A DNA stretch of 64,000 nucleotides from the NCBI GenBank assembly GCA_048885865.1, contig JBHLLF010000013.1, forward strand, positions 14,607 to 78,606. Reading direction: 5' to 3'. How positions within the stretch are numbered: position 1 is the stretch's first letter; each line of letters opens with the position of its first letter. A program made the translations under genes and the position numbers. Positions 9,324 to 19,373 of this stretch are shown here, piece after piece. The notes beneath the pieces were generated by a model. That model was not told the DNA's origin. It saw nothing but the letters and a program-made list of their open reading frames with translations, and did not search any database. The stretch comes from Candidatus Hermodarchaeota archaeon. GTDB taxonomy: Archaea; Asgardarchaeota; Thorarchaeia; Thorarchaeales; Thorarchaeaceae.

Positions 9324-10514
9324 TCAAATCTCATATCGGTTGGGAGCACTCGATAATGAACTATTGCCAGAACTTGTGATGGCGTACGTGTCTTCGATTC
9401 CTAGGACTTCGCGGCCAGGCGTGATGATTTTTGGCTCACATGCAAGAACATTGCCTTGCTCCAAGTCAGGACCTCTGGAGTAGAACACGGGTAGCTCATC
9501 CAACTCAAGTCCAACTCCATGGCCAATGAAAGAAACTTTGTTATTGTCAACGCCCATGAAATTGTCCTGAATTCCCAGCTCCATGCTGAGTTCGATCACT
9601 TCGCCATAGAGAACTCCTAGATTGACTCCTGGTTTCATTTTCTTGAGAAGGAGGTTTTTAACTTCTGACAGACTGTCAAGCTTTGCACTTAGATCTTCAT
9701 CGAACTTGCCACAGATGAAAGTGCGAGTCGTATCAGAATGGTATCCTCTCATATTTCCACATGAATCAACGAGAAATGGTCGGTTTCTGCCAAGCTTCTG
9801 ACGTGTTGGTCCTAGCGGATATTTCAAAGAGAGTCCAACTCCAGATACAGGAGTGAAGAAGGTGTTCAGTGTAGAGCCTCCACTGGAAACAACATAGGAA
9901 TAAATCAGCATTTCAGATGTGAAGGATCGTGTTGTGATAAAGCCGGCATGTCCATTCTCCACCATATAGGCATCTAGACGCATTGATAATTCAATCTCGG
10001 TCATTTCAGGAGTAGCTATCTCTGTGCAGTACTCGTAAGATTGGTCGACAATTTTAGCTGCTCCTTCAAGCAGTTCGATTTCATAGTCTGATTTCCTAGC
10101 ACGTATCTGTCTAAGCAAATCACTGCCATCAGAGAGGGTAATCCCATCCACTCTTGATTGAAGGAAGGTCAAAAATGAATAGGGCACTACATCCGCCTCC
10201 ATCCCTATTGTGGTGCCAGACGGTACATTGAGCGTCTGGAATATTTGTGACATACGACCCATTGGCTTGATATCAGGTATCAACGAGTATGACTCTACCA
10301 AATCCAAGTTACGCTCAACCAAACGAATTGGCTCACCCTCAACTGGTATGTAGACGACACCGCCAGTACCAATTCCTGAGTAGTAGTATAGCTCAACGGT
10401 AGTCATTAAGAGCGCACCATCAAGCTCAGCACTCCTCAGGTGGTCCTTGAGTCTAGAAATACGGCTATCGATCTCCTCTTGTGGAAGTCTGGAATACACC
10501 TCTGACATAGTCAT
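9324..10514 (-). CDS. Xaa-Pro peptidase, M24 family
   Basis: Creatinase-like N-terminus; D..GYHSDTTRT, HGVGLELDE, EP, IED. Confidence 0.92.
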   Translation of the reverse strand: MTMSEVYSRLPQEEIDSRISRLKDHLRSAELDGALLMTTVELYYYSGIGTGGVVYIPVEGEPIRLVERNLDLVESYSLIPDIKPMGRMSQIFQTLNVPSGTTIGMEADVVPYSFLTFLQSRVDGITLSDGSDLLRQIRARKSDYEIELLEGAAKIVDQSYEYCTEIATPEMTEIELSMRLDAYMVENGHAGFITTRSFTSEMLIYSYVVSSGGSTLNTFFTPVSGVGLSLKYPLGPTRQKLGRNRPFLVDSCGNMRGYHSDTTRTFICGKFDEDLSAKLDSLSEVKNLLLKKMKPGVNLGVLYGEVIELSMELGIQDNFMGVDNNKVSFIGHGVGLELDELPVFYSRGPDLEQGNVLACEPKIITPGREVLGIEDTYAITSSGNSSLSSAPNRYEI

Positions 10515-10657
10515 CAGTCATTCATAGCACAATATGACTCCTCCGCCAGTGACCCCAAAAGAAGAAGAAACGGACTTAATAGGGGAATTAAGGCAAGAAT
10601 ATAAACATAATAGACCACCGTATAATATATTAGGGTATACTATGTATTCATATCTGA

Positions 10658-11032
10658 ATGTGTTGTGAAAAAGGGGCCGAGCCAATGACAGACGTCATAC
10701 CAACCGCCAAAAACTCCATGAAGACCTCATGCGGACGTTGCGGATGCATTATAGTCTACACAGGGAAATTATGCTTGTTCTGCGATGCTGCAAAAGAGAT
10801 CATCGGAGAAGCAATCAACCAGTATGGTGTTTCTGATGACGTAATCTGTCAGATTGATGTAGACGAGGGTGAAGGAGTAGGATGCGGATGTGAGGATGTG
10901 GTGACAAGCCTGCCCACCATTCGAATCTGCGAGATTGTCCTCGAGGGTCTTCCAGATGAGGGCCAGGTGACAGATGCTGTTCTCCGGGCACTCATGATGG
11001 ACTGTTTCTGTGATAGCCCGGCTATGCTGTAG
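10658..11032 (+). CDS. Cys-rich thioredoxin/glutaredoxin-fold protein
   Basis: IIVYTGKLCLFC (CxxC), IDVD, cis-Pro motif SLPTI. Confidence 0.7.
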   Translation: MCCEKGAEPMTDVIPTAKNSMKTSCGRCGCIIVYTGKLCLFCDAAKEIIGEAINQYGVSDDVICQIDVDEGEGVGCGCEDVVTSLPTIRICEIVLEGLPDEGQVTDAVLRALMMDCFCDSPAML

Positions 11033-11049
11033 GCAATCTCTCTTATCCT

Positions 11050-11532
11050 CTATTTCAATTCCATTAGAGGACTTGCGGCATGGGCCTTGATGCTGTCTTC
11101 TTGCCCTGCTGTTTCAATGGCACATGGCCTACTCTTCCGTACAGACTCGATTGCATCAAGGCCGTCCCTCTGCCCATAGAGATAGACCTCGGCGATAGCA
11201 AGCATTGTGCCTGTTCTGCCACATCCAGCAAGACAGTGAATTAGCACGGGCTTCCTTTGGTTTAGGGCATTCCTCACAATCTCTACGAACTCCCTCACAT
11301 TTTGTTCTGAAGGAATATCGAAGTCTGGAATTGATATCTGGTGGTGCTCCAGGTCGAACTCTGAAAAGTCTGGAAATCCAAACCTTGATTCCAGCGAAAT
11401 GACCACTTTGATGCCAGCATCAGAGATTTGCCGAAGGTCATTGATGGTTTCAGGCAGTGAAGCCCCCCACAGCTCACCTGGCCTATGTTCGAATAGCTGA
11501 AACAACAAATTGGCACGACCTGCAAGGACCAA
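11050..11532 (-). CDS. Dual-specificity protein phosphatase
   Basis: IPDF general-acid loop; HCLAGCGRT (CX5R); RPCAIETAGQ. Confidence 0.92.
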   Translation of the reverse strand: MVLAGRANLLFQLFEHRPGELWGASLPETINDLRQISDAGIKVVISLESRFGFPDFSEFDLEHHQISIPDFDIPSEQNVREFVEIVRNALNQRKPVLIHCLAGCGRTGTMLAIAEVYLYGQRDGLDAIESVRKSRPCAIETAGQEDSIKAHAASPLMELK

Positions 11533-11533
11533 T

Positions 11534-11989
11534 TTAGAGGTCTACTCTAATAGTTTCCCATTTGACTCTGCCAGATTCCACAGCCTCTTTGATCCTGCGT
11601 TCGGTTCGGTTCAGTTTTGCGTCACCCGTTTTTATGTCAGCTAGAACTACTGTAATGGGACGTTCAAATGGGCTGTCTTTCACTTCAGTATAGCCATCGA
11701 AGATCAGATAGTCAATGGGAGCCCCTATGAAACGTGCATCTGCAGGATTGTATCTAAATACATCACTCATCATTGGGACCATATGTTCTGCAATCTTCCC
11801 CTTGATGACATAGCGGCTTCTCTGCGCTGCATCCTTTCTGATGTCACCCTCTTGTTCAGCCCAAGTCTTCTCAAATTCAGCAGTCACAATCTCGATTCTG
11901 TGTCTAAGACGCCAGTTCATAATCAGATATACAAACACTGTAACAAGTAGTCCGATCCCAAGACCAAGAAGCACATCCTCTAATGCCAT
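11534..11989 (-). CDS. Membrane-anchored Holliday-junction-resolvase-like endonuclease
   Basis: N-terminal TM; GKIAEH..P, ARFIGAPIDYLIFDG, DIKTG. Confidence 0.85.
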   Translation of the reverse strand: MALEDVLLGLGIGLLVTVFVYLIMNWRLRHRIEIVTAEFEKTWAEQEGDIRKDAAQRSRYVIKGKIAEHMVPMMSDVFRYNPADARFIGAPIDYLIFDGYTEVKDSPFERPITVVLADIKTGDAKLNRTERRIKEAVESGRVKWETIRVDL

Positions 11990-12037
11990 AGAAATCTATT
12001 CATTCTATAGGATATATGCACGGGTAATCGCCGGGTA

Positions 12038-12396
12038 TTGCGTCATAGACGACGATCGAATCGCTTGGGCCGAGGCTGTGTAGTTCCATTCCAAAACTAT
12101 CAAATGAACTGGAGAAAGCCTGATAGACGGATTCGCGGCATTAGCTCGCTTATCGAGAATCTGGGACATGGACTAAATAATGAGGTCTCAAACGGTGGCT
12201 GGAGAAAGAGATGTCATTCTTCGCATGCCTATGTGTTGCAGGAGGCCGTTGGATCACTAGCTTTGGCCCGGTCCAAGCTGATGACGCATTGGAGTTCTAT
12301 GTGACTGCATATGACAGCTCCCCTCTTGCGAACCCTGCTGACACTCAGCCGTTCTCATTTCAGATAGGCCGTGTGGACCTACAATTACCGGGATAA
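12038..12396 (+). pseudogene. Possible decayed fragment of an extracellular Ig-like domain gene
   Basis: Disconnected peptides VIDDDRIAWAEAV* and FGPVQADDALEFYVTAYDS resemble archaeal surface beta-sandwich domains. Confidence 0.3.
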
Positions 12397-12458
12397 GAAT
12401 GCTAATAGAGGCCAATTCTTGAGCAATTAGACAAGCAACGCTTGGGTAGGCAGTCCTT

Positions 12459-14006
12459 ATGCCGAACACTCGTAAGTTCCTCTATGCCTTGATTACAATT
12501 GGCCTCATTCTTGGATTCACTAAGACTACTGTTCTGGCCCCTGCAGAAATAAGCCGGACTCCTGCTAGTGTGGCCTATATTTCAGACGGCACAATTGTGG
12601 GTTTCACAGAGAATCTGCTTCTATCAACAGATGATAGTTCTTACAATCACCATATAGAAGTCACAATGGTCATTAGTGACAATGGGACTCTCTTCGCAGG
12701 TTGGAAAAACTCTGAAACTCACAATGGAGGCGGGGCAAGGGTCAGCTTTGTCAAGTCAAGCGATGGCGGTGAAACGTGGTCATACCCCTATCATATGCCA
12801 ATGTTCTGGCAGGATTTTACCTCAAGACAGTCCGACCCTTGGATGGCTTGGCATGACGGAAAGTTATACTATGCGTATCTCGAGTTCACAGATACAGAGT
12901 CGCAAATCACTGTAGCAGTTAGCCACGACTATGGAACATCATGGGACACCGTACAATCCACTTTTGGATCCGGTTTTGCTGACAAAGAAACCATTACCGT
13001 CAGCAATGATGGTGTTGTCTACGTTGCATACGATGATTTGGTCAATGGCAATTCCACCATCAGACTCACACGTTCTCTTAATGATGGAGAGTCATTTGAG
13101 GCTGCTAGTGTGATTGCAGAGTCAGACCCGGGAAATGTCGCACCCTATCTTGAAGTTGATTCGGCAAATGATGTCTATGTGGTATGGACATACCTCAATG
13201 ACACAGCAGGTGACCTGTTTCTGGATGCGAGCTATGACCAAGGTCTTACTTTTGGAGAGGAGGAGTTCATCAATCAAGATGGTAACTATGCTGCATGGAC
13301 AACTGCTGGAAATCTGCCAGCAAAAATCACTCTTCCAGTGATACATTTCGAAGAACGTTCAGGACAAAATGACAGAATGTATCTTCTTTGGGCGGACTTG
13401 TTTGACGGAACTCATGATAATTTCGACGTGTATCTTCGGTATTCAGACAACTATGGCGAAACATGGAGTCCTAGAATTCTGATTAATCCTGAAACGGAGG
13501 GGGACCAGTGGAACCCTGAGATGGCTATTGACTCAACCGGACGGATTCATATTGGATACTATGATGAGCGCGATGGCTTCTATCGACCATACTATCGGTC
13601 ACTTGTCTTCACCGGGATAGACAGATCATTTCCTGTGCTCGGACCAGTGATTCCTATAGCTGAACAGAACACCTCGAGCGCGTTCACAAGACCCGGGGAG
13701 TATTTTTCAATAGAGGTGGATGCGCACGACATGCCGCATATTGTGTGGGCAGATGGAAGAAATGGCGAGATGGACATCTACTATGCGAGGGGAACACAGG
13801 TTCAGCAAACAGAAACGTCAGGCACTGCCACAGATACGACACCCACCACGACCACCACTGGGGGAAATGTTGAGCCAACAGATGGCTTCTGGTCAGATAT
13901 AGGCCCACTTGCAATCACGACTCTGCAGGTTGGAGCTGTCGCACTACTAGTAGTTGTACTCTATGTGCTTATGCGCCGCAAGCCATGGCTATTGGAGGAT
14001 CATTGA
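12459..14006 (+). CDS. Membrane-anchored BNR/Asp-box (sialidase-like) beta-propeller protein
   Basis: Signal peptide; five Asp-boxes (SSDGGETWS, SHDYGTSWD, SLNDGESFE, SYDQGLTFG, SDNYGETWS); Thr-rich linker; C-terminal TM. Confidence 0.85.
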   Translation: MPNTRKFLYALITIGLILGFTKTTVLAPAEISRTPASVAYISDGTIVGFTENLLLSTDDSSYNHHIEVTMVISDNGTLFAGWKNSETHNGGGARVSFVKSSDGGETWSYPYHMPMFWQDFTSRQSDPWMAWHDGKLYYAYLEFTDTESQITVAVSHDYGTSWDTVQSTFGSGFADKETITVSNDGVVYVAYDDLVNGNSTIRLTRSLNDGESFEAASVIAESDPGNVAPYLEVDSANDVYVVWTYLNDTAGDLFLDASYDQGLTFGEEEFINQDGNYAAWTTAGNLPAKITLPVIHFEERSGQNDRMYLLWADLFDGTHDNFDVYLRYSDNYGETWSPRILINPETEGDQWNPEMAIDSTGRIHIGYYDERDGFYRPYYRSLVFTGIDRSFPVLGPVIPIAEQNTSSAFTRPGEYFSIEVDAHDMPHIVWADGRNGEMDIYYARGTQVQQTETSGTATDTTPTTTTTGGNVEPTDGFWSDIGPLAITTLQVGAVALLVVVLYVLMRRKPWLLEDH

Positions 14007-14233
14007 TGACTACAATAGCATACTCAGGCAAAGAATTGAATCCAGACCAAATGGCTGCGCCATTGAGGAGAATCAGCATAAGCCATCTGATAATGAAAGC
14101 TTGTTCCTATTTAGCAAATAGAAGCGTTACCAGCCCATCTCAAGACTAGCTTTCCAGCCTGAAACTGCAACTCCTCACCATTGATGCGGGACATTCATTA
14201 AGTGCTAGCTCAGATTCAGAGAAGCTGAGAGCG

Positions 14234-15271
14234 ATGATGAAACGACTGTTCGATATGCTCAAGACATTGAGTGAAATCCCAGGACCCGTTGGACGAGAAA
14301 GCCTTGTTCAAGAGGAGATTAAGAAACACTTGGTGAACCTTGGATTGGAGGTTTCACAGGACAGAATTGGGAATCTCACAGCAACAATGGCCGGGACCAA
14401 CAAACACTATGCTTTGGTCTCTCATGCTGATGAGGTGGGATTCCTTGTAAGCAACATCGACTCTTCGGGATTCATTCGTGTCAAATGGAACACTTCAGGA
14501 CACATGCCTGATCTAAGACTATTGCCCGGTCAACATGTGGTGCTTATGACCGACGATGGAATGATCCCGGGAGTCTTCTGTGTGAAGACTGCGCATATTG
14601 CAGGGCCAGAAGGCAAGAAGAGGATACCAGAATACAGCGAGATATTCTTGGACATCGGTGTTGCTTCAGCTGAAGAGGTGGAAGAGAGAGGAGTAAACAT
14701 CGGTACGCCTGTGCTCTACGATACCACACTAAGGCAGAATGGTCGCAATGTTGTTGGTAAGTCAATGGATGATAGAGTAGGCCTCACAATGATGATGGTC
14801 ATAGCAGAGGAGTTTTCCAAGATTTCTGAGAATAACCGCCCTACGCTGACATTCGTTTCCACTGTCATGGAAGAGCTAGGAGCCAAGGGAGCTGCCGCCG
14901 TTGCGAGTAAATTGGATGTGGATGGAGTGATCATTCTCGAGATTGGACTGGCTGACGACTATCCGGGAACCGCCGGAGAAGCTGGCGTGGCTCTTGGAAA
15001 AGGTCCAGTGGTTGTTGTAAAGGACACACAGCTGCATTATTCTCAAGATATGATTGAGAAATTCGTTGAAATAGCAGGGAAAAAGGACATTCCTATTCAG
15101 CGAGCGGTCTATCACAACTATGCTACGGACGGTCTTCAGATGGTAATGCAAGGACTACTGGTTTCAACTCTGGCCATTCCTTGTAGATATTCCCATAGTA
15201 GCTTCGAAACTCTGAATCTTGAAGATGTGGATAACGCTATTCTACTACTCATAGCGTTTCTGAAGGAATAG
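14234..15271 (+). CDS. M42 family aminopeptidase (TET-like)
   Basis: SHADEVG, KSMDDRVG, MEELGAKGA, RYSHS. Confidence 0.93.
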   Translation: MMKRLFDMLKTLSEIPGPVGRESLVQEEIKKHLVNLGLEVSQDRIGNLTATMAGTNKHYALVSHADEVGFLVSNIDSSGFIRVKWNTSGHMPDLRLLPGQHVVLMTDDGMIPGVFCVKTAHIAGPEGKKRIPEYSEIFLDIGVASAEEVEERGVNIGTPVLYDTTLRQNGRNVVGKSMDDRVGLTMMMVIAEEFSKISENNRPTLTFVSTVMEELGAKGAAAVASKLDVDGVIILEIGLADDYPGTAGEAGVALGKGPVVVVKDTQLHYSQDMIEKFVEIAGKKDIPIQRAVYHNYATDGLQMVMQGLLVSTLAIPCRYSHSSFETLNLEDVDNAILLLIAFLKE

Positions 15272-15276
15272 AAAGG

Positions 15277-15675
15277 TCATTCGTTATCCATCCCAGTTGG
15301 GGCCACTACGACTCTCATCATATCCCGAGAAACTATTGTGACATCAATTCCTACCTCAATGCTACCTGCATCACATCGAGCATCCCAGATCTCAGCACCG
15401 ACCTTGATCTTGCCAGAGCTGATGGTGACTTTTTCAATGACTTTTCCCCGTAATCCTTCAAGTTCATAGAACGAGTATGAGCTTTCTTGCAGGCTGGGGT
15501 ATACCAAGTAGTACTTGGCAACAACAAAGATGGCAGCTCCAATTATCAGCAATATCGTGAGGGGAATAAACCATTCGGGAACGAAGAAGTAGGCCAATGC
15601 CATTGCAACTGGTACTAGAAAGAGCTCGTCTATTGTAATTGCTATAAACTTGACTCTAGGTGAAAGTGTAACCAT
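15277..15675 (-). CDS. Short NfeD-family protein
   Basis: N-terminal TMs plus OB-fold GKIKVGAEIWDARC. Confidence 0.85.
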   Translation of the reverse strand: MVTLSPRVKFIAITIDELFLVPVAMALAYFFVPEWFIPLTILLIIGAAIFVVAKYYLVYPSLQESSYSFYELEGLRGKVIEKVTISSGKIKVGAEIWDARCDAGSIEVGIDVTIVSRDMMRVVVAPTGMDNE

Positions 15676-15818
15676 CCTTTTCTACAGCCACCCTTTTTCA
15701 AGTGTTAATTGGTTCCTAGGCTGAAAAGCCTTTGCTAGTTTTTAACCTCCTTTTCAATTGTATCACACAGGACTATTAAAAAGCAGATTGAAGGGCTCGA
15801 GTCAAGAGTGACCACCTT

Positions 15819-16958
15819 TTGAAGACAGAAACCATTCAAGTAATGGCCGGAGCAGCTATGCTCTCGGCATTCACATATATTCCAATATTGGCGCGTGACT
15901 ACTTGAGTGCAGACGAACTCTTCGTAACGCTACTGGTTGGTGCCTACTCAGCGGCCTCATTCATTTCCAGCTATATCTTTGGCAGGGCTGGAGATATCTA
16001 TGGTCGACGAATTGTCATAAGGATAGGTCTTCTTATTTCCGTAGTTACTTTTGGACTTCTGATGTTTATCCAAAGCCGTGAGGTCTTGCTCATTGCTAGG
16101 ATACTTGGTGGTTTCTCAATGGGCACGTATCCTGGAGCCCTTGCGGCCTATGCATTCGAGTCAAAGATGAAGATGGGCAGATTCGCATCTTTTGGCGCAG
16201 CTGGATGGGGAATTGGAACTTTCCTTGCTGGCTTTGCGGCGGGATACAATATCTACTATGCTTTTCTGATGTCGACTGTATTTCTGATTGTCGCATTTGC
16301 TAGCGCGATGACATTGCCACCTGTCGAGAGAAAGAAGATCTCTGTGCCTCTCTTTCCAATCGAAACCATTAGGCGGAACTGGTCGGTCTACACTGCAGTA
16401 CTAATTCGCCATAGCACAGCATCTGCTGTCTGGACTTTATGGCCTCTATTCTTGACAGATCTGGGTGGAGATCCCTTCATAATCGGGATTGTTCAAATGT
16501 CTAACGCAATCCCACAGGTCATTGTAATGATAGCCATCACAGATCGATTCGACTGCAGGCTCTTGATATCTGCGGGAATGATAAGCTCTGCATTGACTTT
16601 CTTCTGGTTCACACTAGCCACCAACATACTAGAAATCATCCCGACACAATTCCTCTTGGGCTTTTCGTGGGCATGCCTCTATGTTGGAGCGTTAAAGTAT
16701 GTGACAGAACGAAATGAGGACAGGTCGACTGCCTCAGGGCTGCTCAGTTCCGTATTGGCACTCTCAATGGTTATTGGACCAATCATTGCCGCGGCAATTT
16801 ACTCAATCTGGCCAGGGTACATTCCAATCATGTATAATGCAGTCTTGTTCTCGTTGATTGGTTATGTGATATTTGTGATAGCTAGTCGACGGGAAGTAGC
16901 AAAGGAATTGGCTATTGAGAGATCTTTGGAAAAAAACCACAACCACATTGACCTGTGA
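15819..16958 (+). CDS. MFS transporter
   Basis: Motif A GRAGDIYGRR; about 12 TMs. Confidence 0.9.
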   Translation: MKTETIQVMAGAAMLSAFTYIPILARDYLSADELFVTLLVGAYSAASFISSYIFGRAGDIYGRRIVIRIGLLISVVTFGLLMFIQSREVLLIARILGGFSMGTYPGALAAYAFESKMKMGRFASFGAAGWGIGTFLAGFAAGYNIYYAFLMSTVFLIVAFASAMTLPPVERKKISVPLFPIETIRRNWSVYTAVLIRHSTASAVWTLWPLFLTDLGGDPFIIGIVQMSNAIPQVIVMIAITDRFDCRLLISAGMISSALTFFWFTLATNILEIIPTQFLLGFSWACLYVGALKYVTERNEDRSTASGLLSSVLALSMVIGPIIAAAIYSIWPGYIPIMYNAVLFSLIGYVIFVIASRREVAKELAIERSLEKNHNHIDL

Positions 16959-17001
16959 CACTAGAAAGAAGAAAGGAGAGGGAGCGACCCCTCTGCTTTC
17001 T

Positions 17002-18381
17002 TTATGCTGCCAACTCAGAAACCTCTTCATCTCCAACTTCGCCAGACTTAATGGCCAGTGTCAGCAGAAGGGCAATAATGAGAAATCCAATTGAAACCGG
17101 GAATAGAAGTGCAACCGAGGTGAGGTCGAATATCACCCCAGTAATGAGGGGTCCAAAAATGGCCGCACTCATACTGAATGCATAATACATTCCAGTTCCG
17201 GCACCAAGTCGGGATTTCCCAACCAATTCCCACACAATGACGATTGAGTTCACATTAATCATTGCCCAGAAGAACCCTCCAATGCCTAGGAGACCGAAGA
17301 GTATCCAATAGTCAGTCATGAAAGTAGCGATGACCAGAATTGCTATGAGCCCCACAAGTCCCACAAGGATTGTGTTTCTTCGGCCTAGACGTCCAGCCAT
17401 GAACCCTGCTGGTACAGCAAATAGGACAAAGGTAAGTGAGAATGCCGTCATGAGGAAAGTAGCCTGATTTGTTTCGAACGAAAGGATCAGATTCCCATAG
17501 GTTGTGAACCAAGTTTCAAGCGCATTGAATCCGAAGAACCAGAACATGATTGCACCAAGCACAGCGAGGGCGGACTTATCGGCCATCGATGCCACCTGTC
17601 GGAATGCTTCGATAATGCCAATCTCTTTGGGCTTATCGAGGTCTACCGGAGGCACCTCAGGTTCCTTCACGACCAAAAACAGGATTAGCACTGAAATCAA
17701 CATGATTATTGAAGTTGTCATGAAGGCTAGTACCGGACCAGCCTGTGCCGCTGACACTCCTAGCATTGCTCCAATGTTCGCGTCATCTATGCCATAAAGC
17801 CATGGAGATACTCCAAATGCATAGATTGCTCCAACACCCCCCATGAGGTTGATGACGCCATTCGCCTTGGAACGTTGTTCTGATGAAACAACATCGGGCA
17901 TCAACGCTACTACAGGACCTCGATAGAATGCCATTGCTACATTGAATATCGTAATCATAGCTAACATGAACCAGAAACCGAAGAGCGCCCAGCCATATGC
18001 GATTAGTGTAAAGAACAGAGCAGCTATTGGAGTCCCAATCATGATATAGGGCATTCGTCGCCCCCACTTCGTGCGTGTCTTGTCCGATCTTGCAGATATG
18101 TAGGGCTGCATGACAAAAGCGAACACATTGTCAAGAACCATTATCGCTCCGACAATTGTACTGACAATAGCACCGTATCCCATATCGATGATGAACGGAC
18201 GGAGAAAATCAATCGGAAGATAGCTGTTGTATACACTCCAACTGACTCCTGTCGTGAAAAAACCGAGACCTATCACAAAGACATAGAGCCATCTCATTGG
18301 AGCAGGCCCTGTTTCTTGAATCGCTGGTTCATCATATGTTCGAACATCTTCATCCTCTGACAAAAAACCTCTCTCCTTCAA
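17002..18381 (-). CDS. MFS transporter, GPH/SLC45-like sugar symporter
   Basis: SDKTRTKWGRRMPY, ALMPD, RSKANGVINLMGG. Confidence 0.9.
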   Translation of the reverse strand: MKERGFLSEDEDVRTYDEPAIQETGPAPMRWLYVFVIGLGFFTTGVSWSVYNSYLPIDFLRPFIIDMGYGAIVSTIVGAIMVLDNVFAFVMQPYISARSDKTRTKWGRRMPYIMIGTPIAALFFTLIAYGWALFGFWFMLAMITIFNVAMAFYRGPVVALMPDVVSSEQRSKANGVINLMGGVGAIYAFGVSPWLYGIDDANIGAMLGVSAAQAGPVLAFMTTSIIMLISVLILFLVVKEPEVPPVDLDKPKEIGIIEAFRQVASMADKSALAVLGAIMFWFFGFNALETWFTTYGNLILSFETNQATFLMTAFSLTFVLFAVPAGFMAGRLGRRNTILVGLVGLIAILVIATFMTDYWILFGLLGIGGFFWAMINVNSIVIVWELVGKSRLGAGTGMYYAFSMSAAIFGPLITGVIFDLTSVALLFPVSIGFLIIALLLTLAIKSGEVGDEEVSELAA

Positions 18382-18533
18382 GATGAATTAGGCAACAGTT
18401 GCTTACAGAACCAGTATTAGAAGTATATGGAGGAGTGACTTCTGAAGAGGTAACTAGATTAATGTCGAATGAATACTCTGATGAAACAACAGCTTGATAA
18501 CGAGAAAACCATGATGCGCCGAATGGAGGTCAT

Positions 18534-19373
18534 TTGTTGGAAATAAGAGAGATGCAGTCTTCCGATATCGACTTCGCGCTCAGTCTGACTGAGGAGGAGG
18601 GTTGGTCGAGCACTAGGAGTGACTTTGAAGAGCTCCGTCTCTTTGATCAGCATGGATGCTTCATTGCGGAAGAGGATGGCATCTCAATAGGTATGGCTTG
18701 TGCACTCTCTTATGGACCATTTGGAACTCTCGGGAATCTGATACTCGTGCGAGAGTATAGAGGAAAGGGCTATGGGATTAAACTGATGGAGCATGGAATG
18801 GAATATCTCAAAAGCAAGGGCGTCGGATTCACAATGCTTGATGCAGTACAGAAAGCGGTCCCGCTTTACGAAAGGCTAGGATTCAAGAAGGTTTGCCGCT
18901 CCCTTAGACTACGCGGTCGTGTCGAACCAGTTGTATCGGCCAGAGTTAGAACGCTTGAAGACAAGGATATGCTCAGGGTTCTTTCTATCGATCGTGAACA
19001 GTTTGGTGCGAATAGGTTTCTATTCCTGGGAAGTACCTTATCAGCAAATCCCAATCTTGGAAGATTGCTTGAAGTAGATGGTCAGATTGCAGGATTTTTG
19101 CTGGGAAGTAGGCGTCACGGATTTGTACGCCTTGCACCATGGGTTATGTGTAGTCACTTTGAATTAGCCAAATCCATTCTGAAGGACTTCGCAGTTCAAG
19201 TAGGAGGCGCGGAGATTAGAACAGGCGTTCTTGAAACAAGTAGAAAAGCTATAGCAGTCCTCAAGGAGTCAGGACTTTATCAAGAGAGCTTCTCATGGAG
19301 AATGGTCCACGGAAAGGACAGATTGGAATTCTCTGACGGCCTCTTCGCAATTGGCTCTCCTATGAGAGGCTAG
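18534..19373 (+). CDS. GNAT acetyltransferase with C-terminal YitH-like domain
   Basis: YRGKGYG, AVPLYERLGF. Confidence 0.85.
   Translation: MLEIREMQSSDIDFALSLTEEEGWSSTRSDFEELRLFDQHGCFIAEEDGISIGMACALSYGPFGTLGNLILVREYRGKGYGIKLMEHGMEYLKSKGVGFTMLDAVQKAVPLYERLGFKKVCRSLRLRGRVEPVVSARVRTLEDKDMLRVLSIDREQFGANRFLFLGSTLSANPNLGRLLEVDGQIAGFLLGSRRHGFVRLAPWVMCSHFELAKSILKDFAVQVGGAEIRTGVLETSRKAIAVLKESGLYQESFSWRMVHGKDRLEFSDGLFAIGSPMRG

Noticed and set aside
15277-15675. NfeD without an adjacent SPFH/stomatin gene
   Set aside because: Orphan short NfeD genes are not rare; the partner may lie elsewhere
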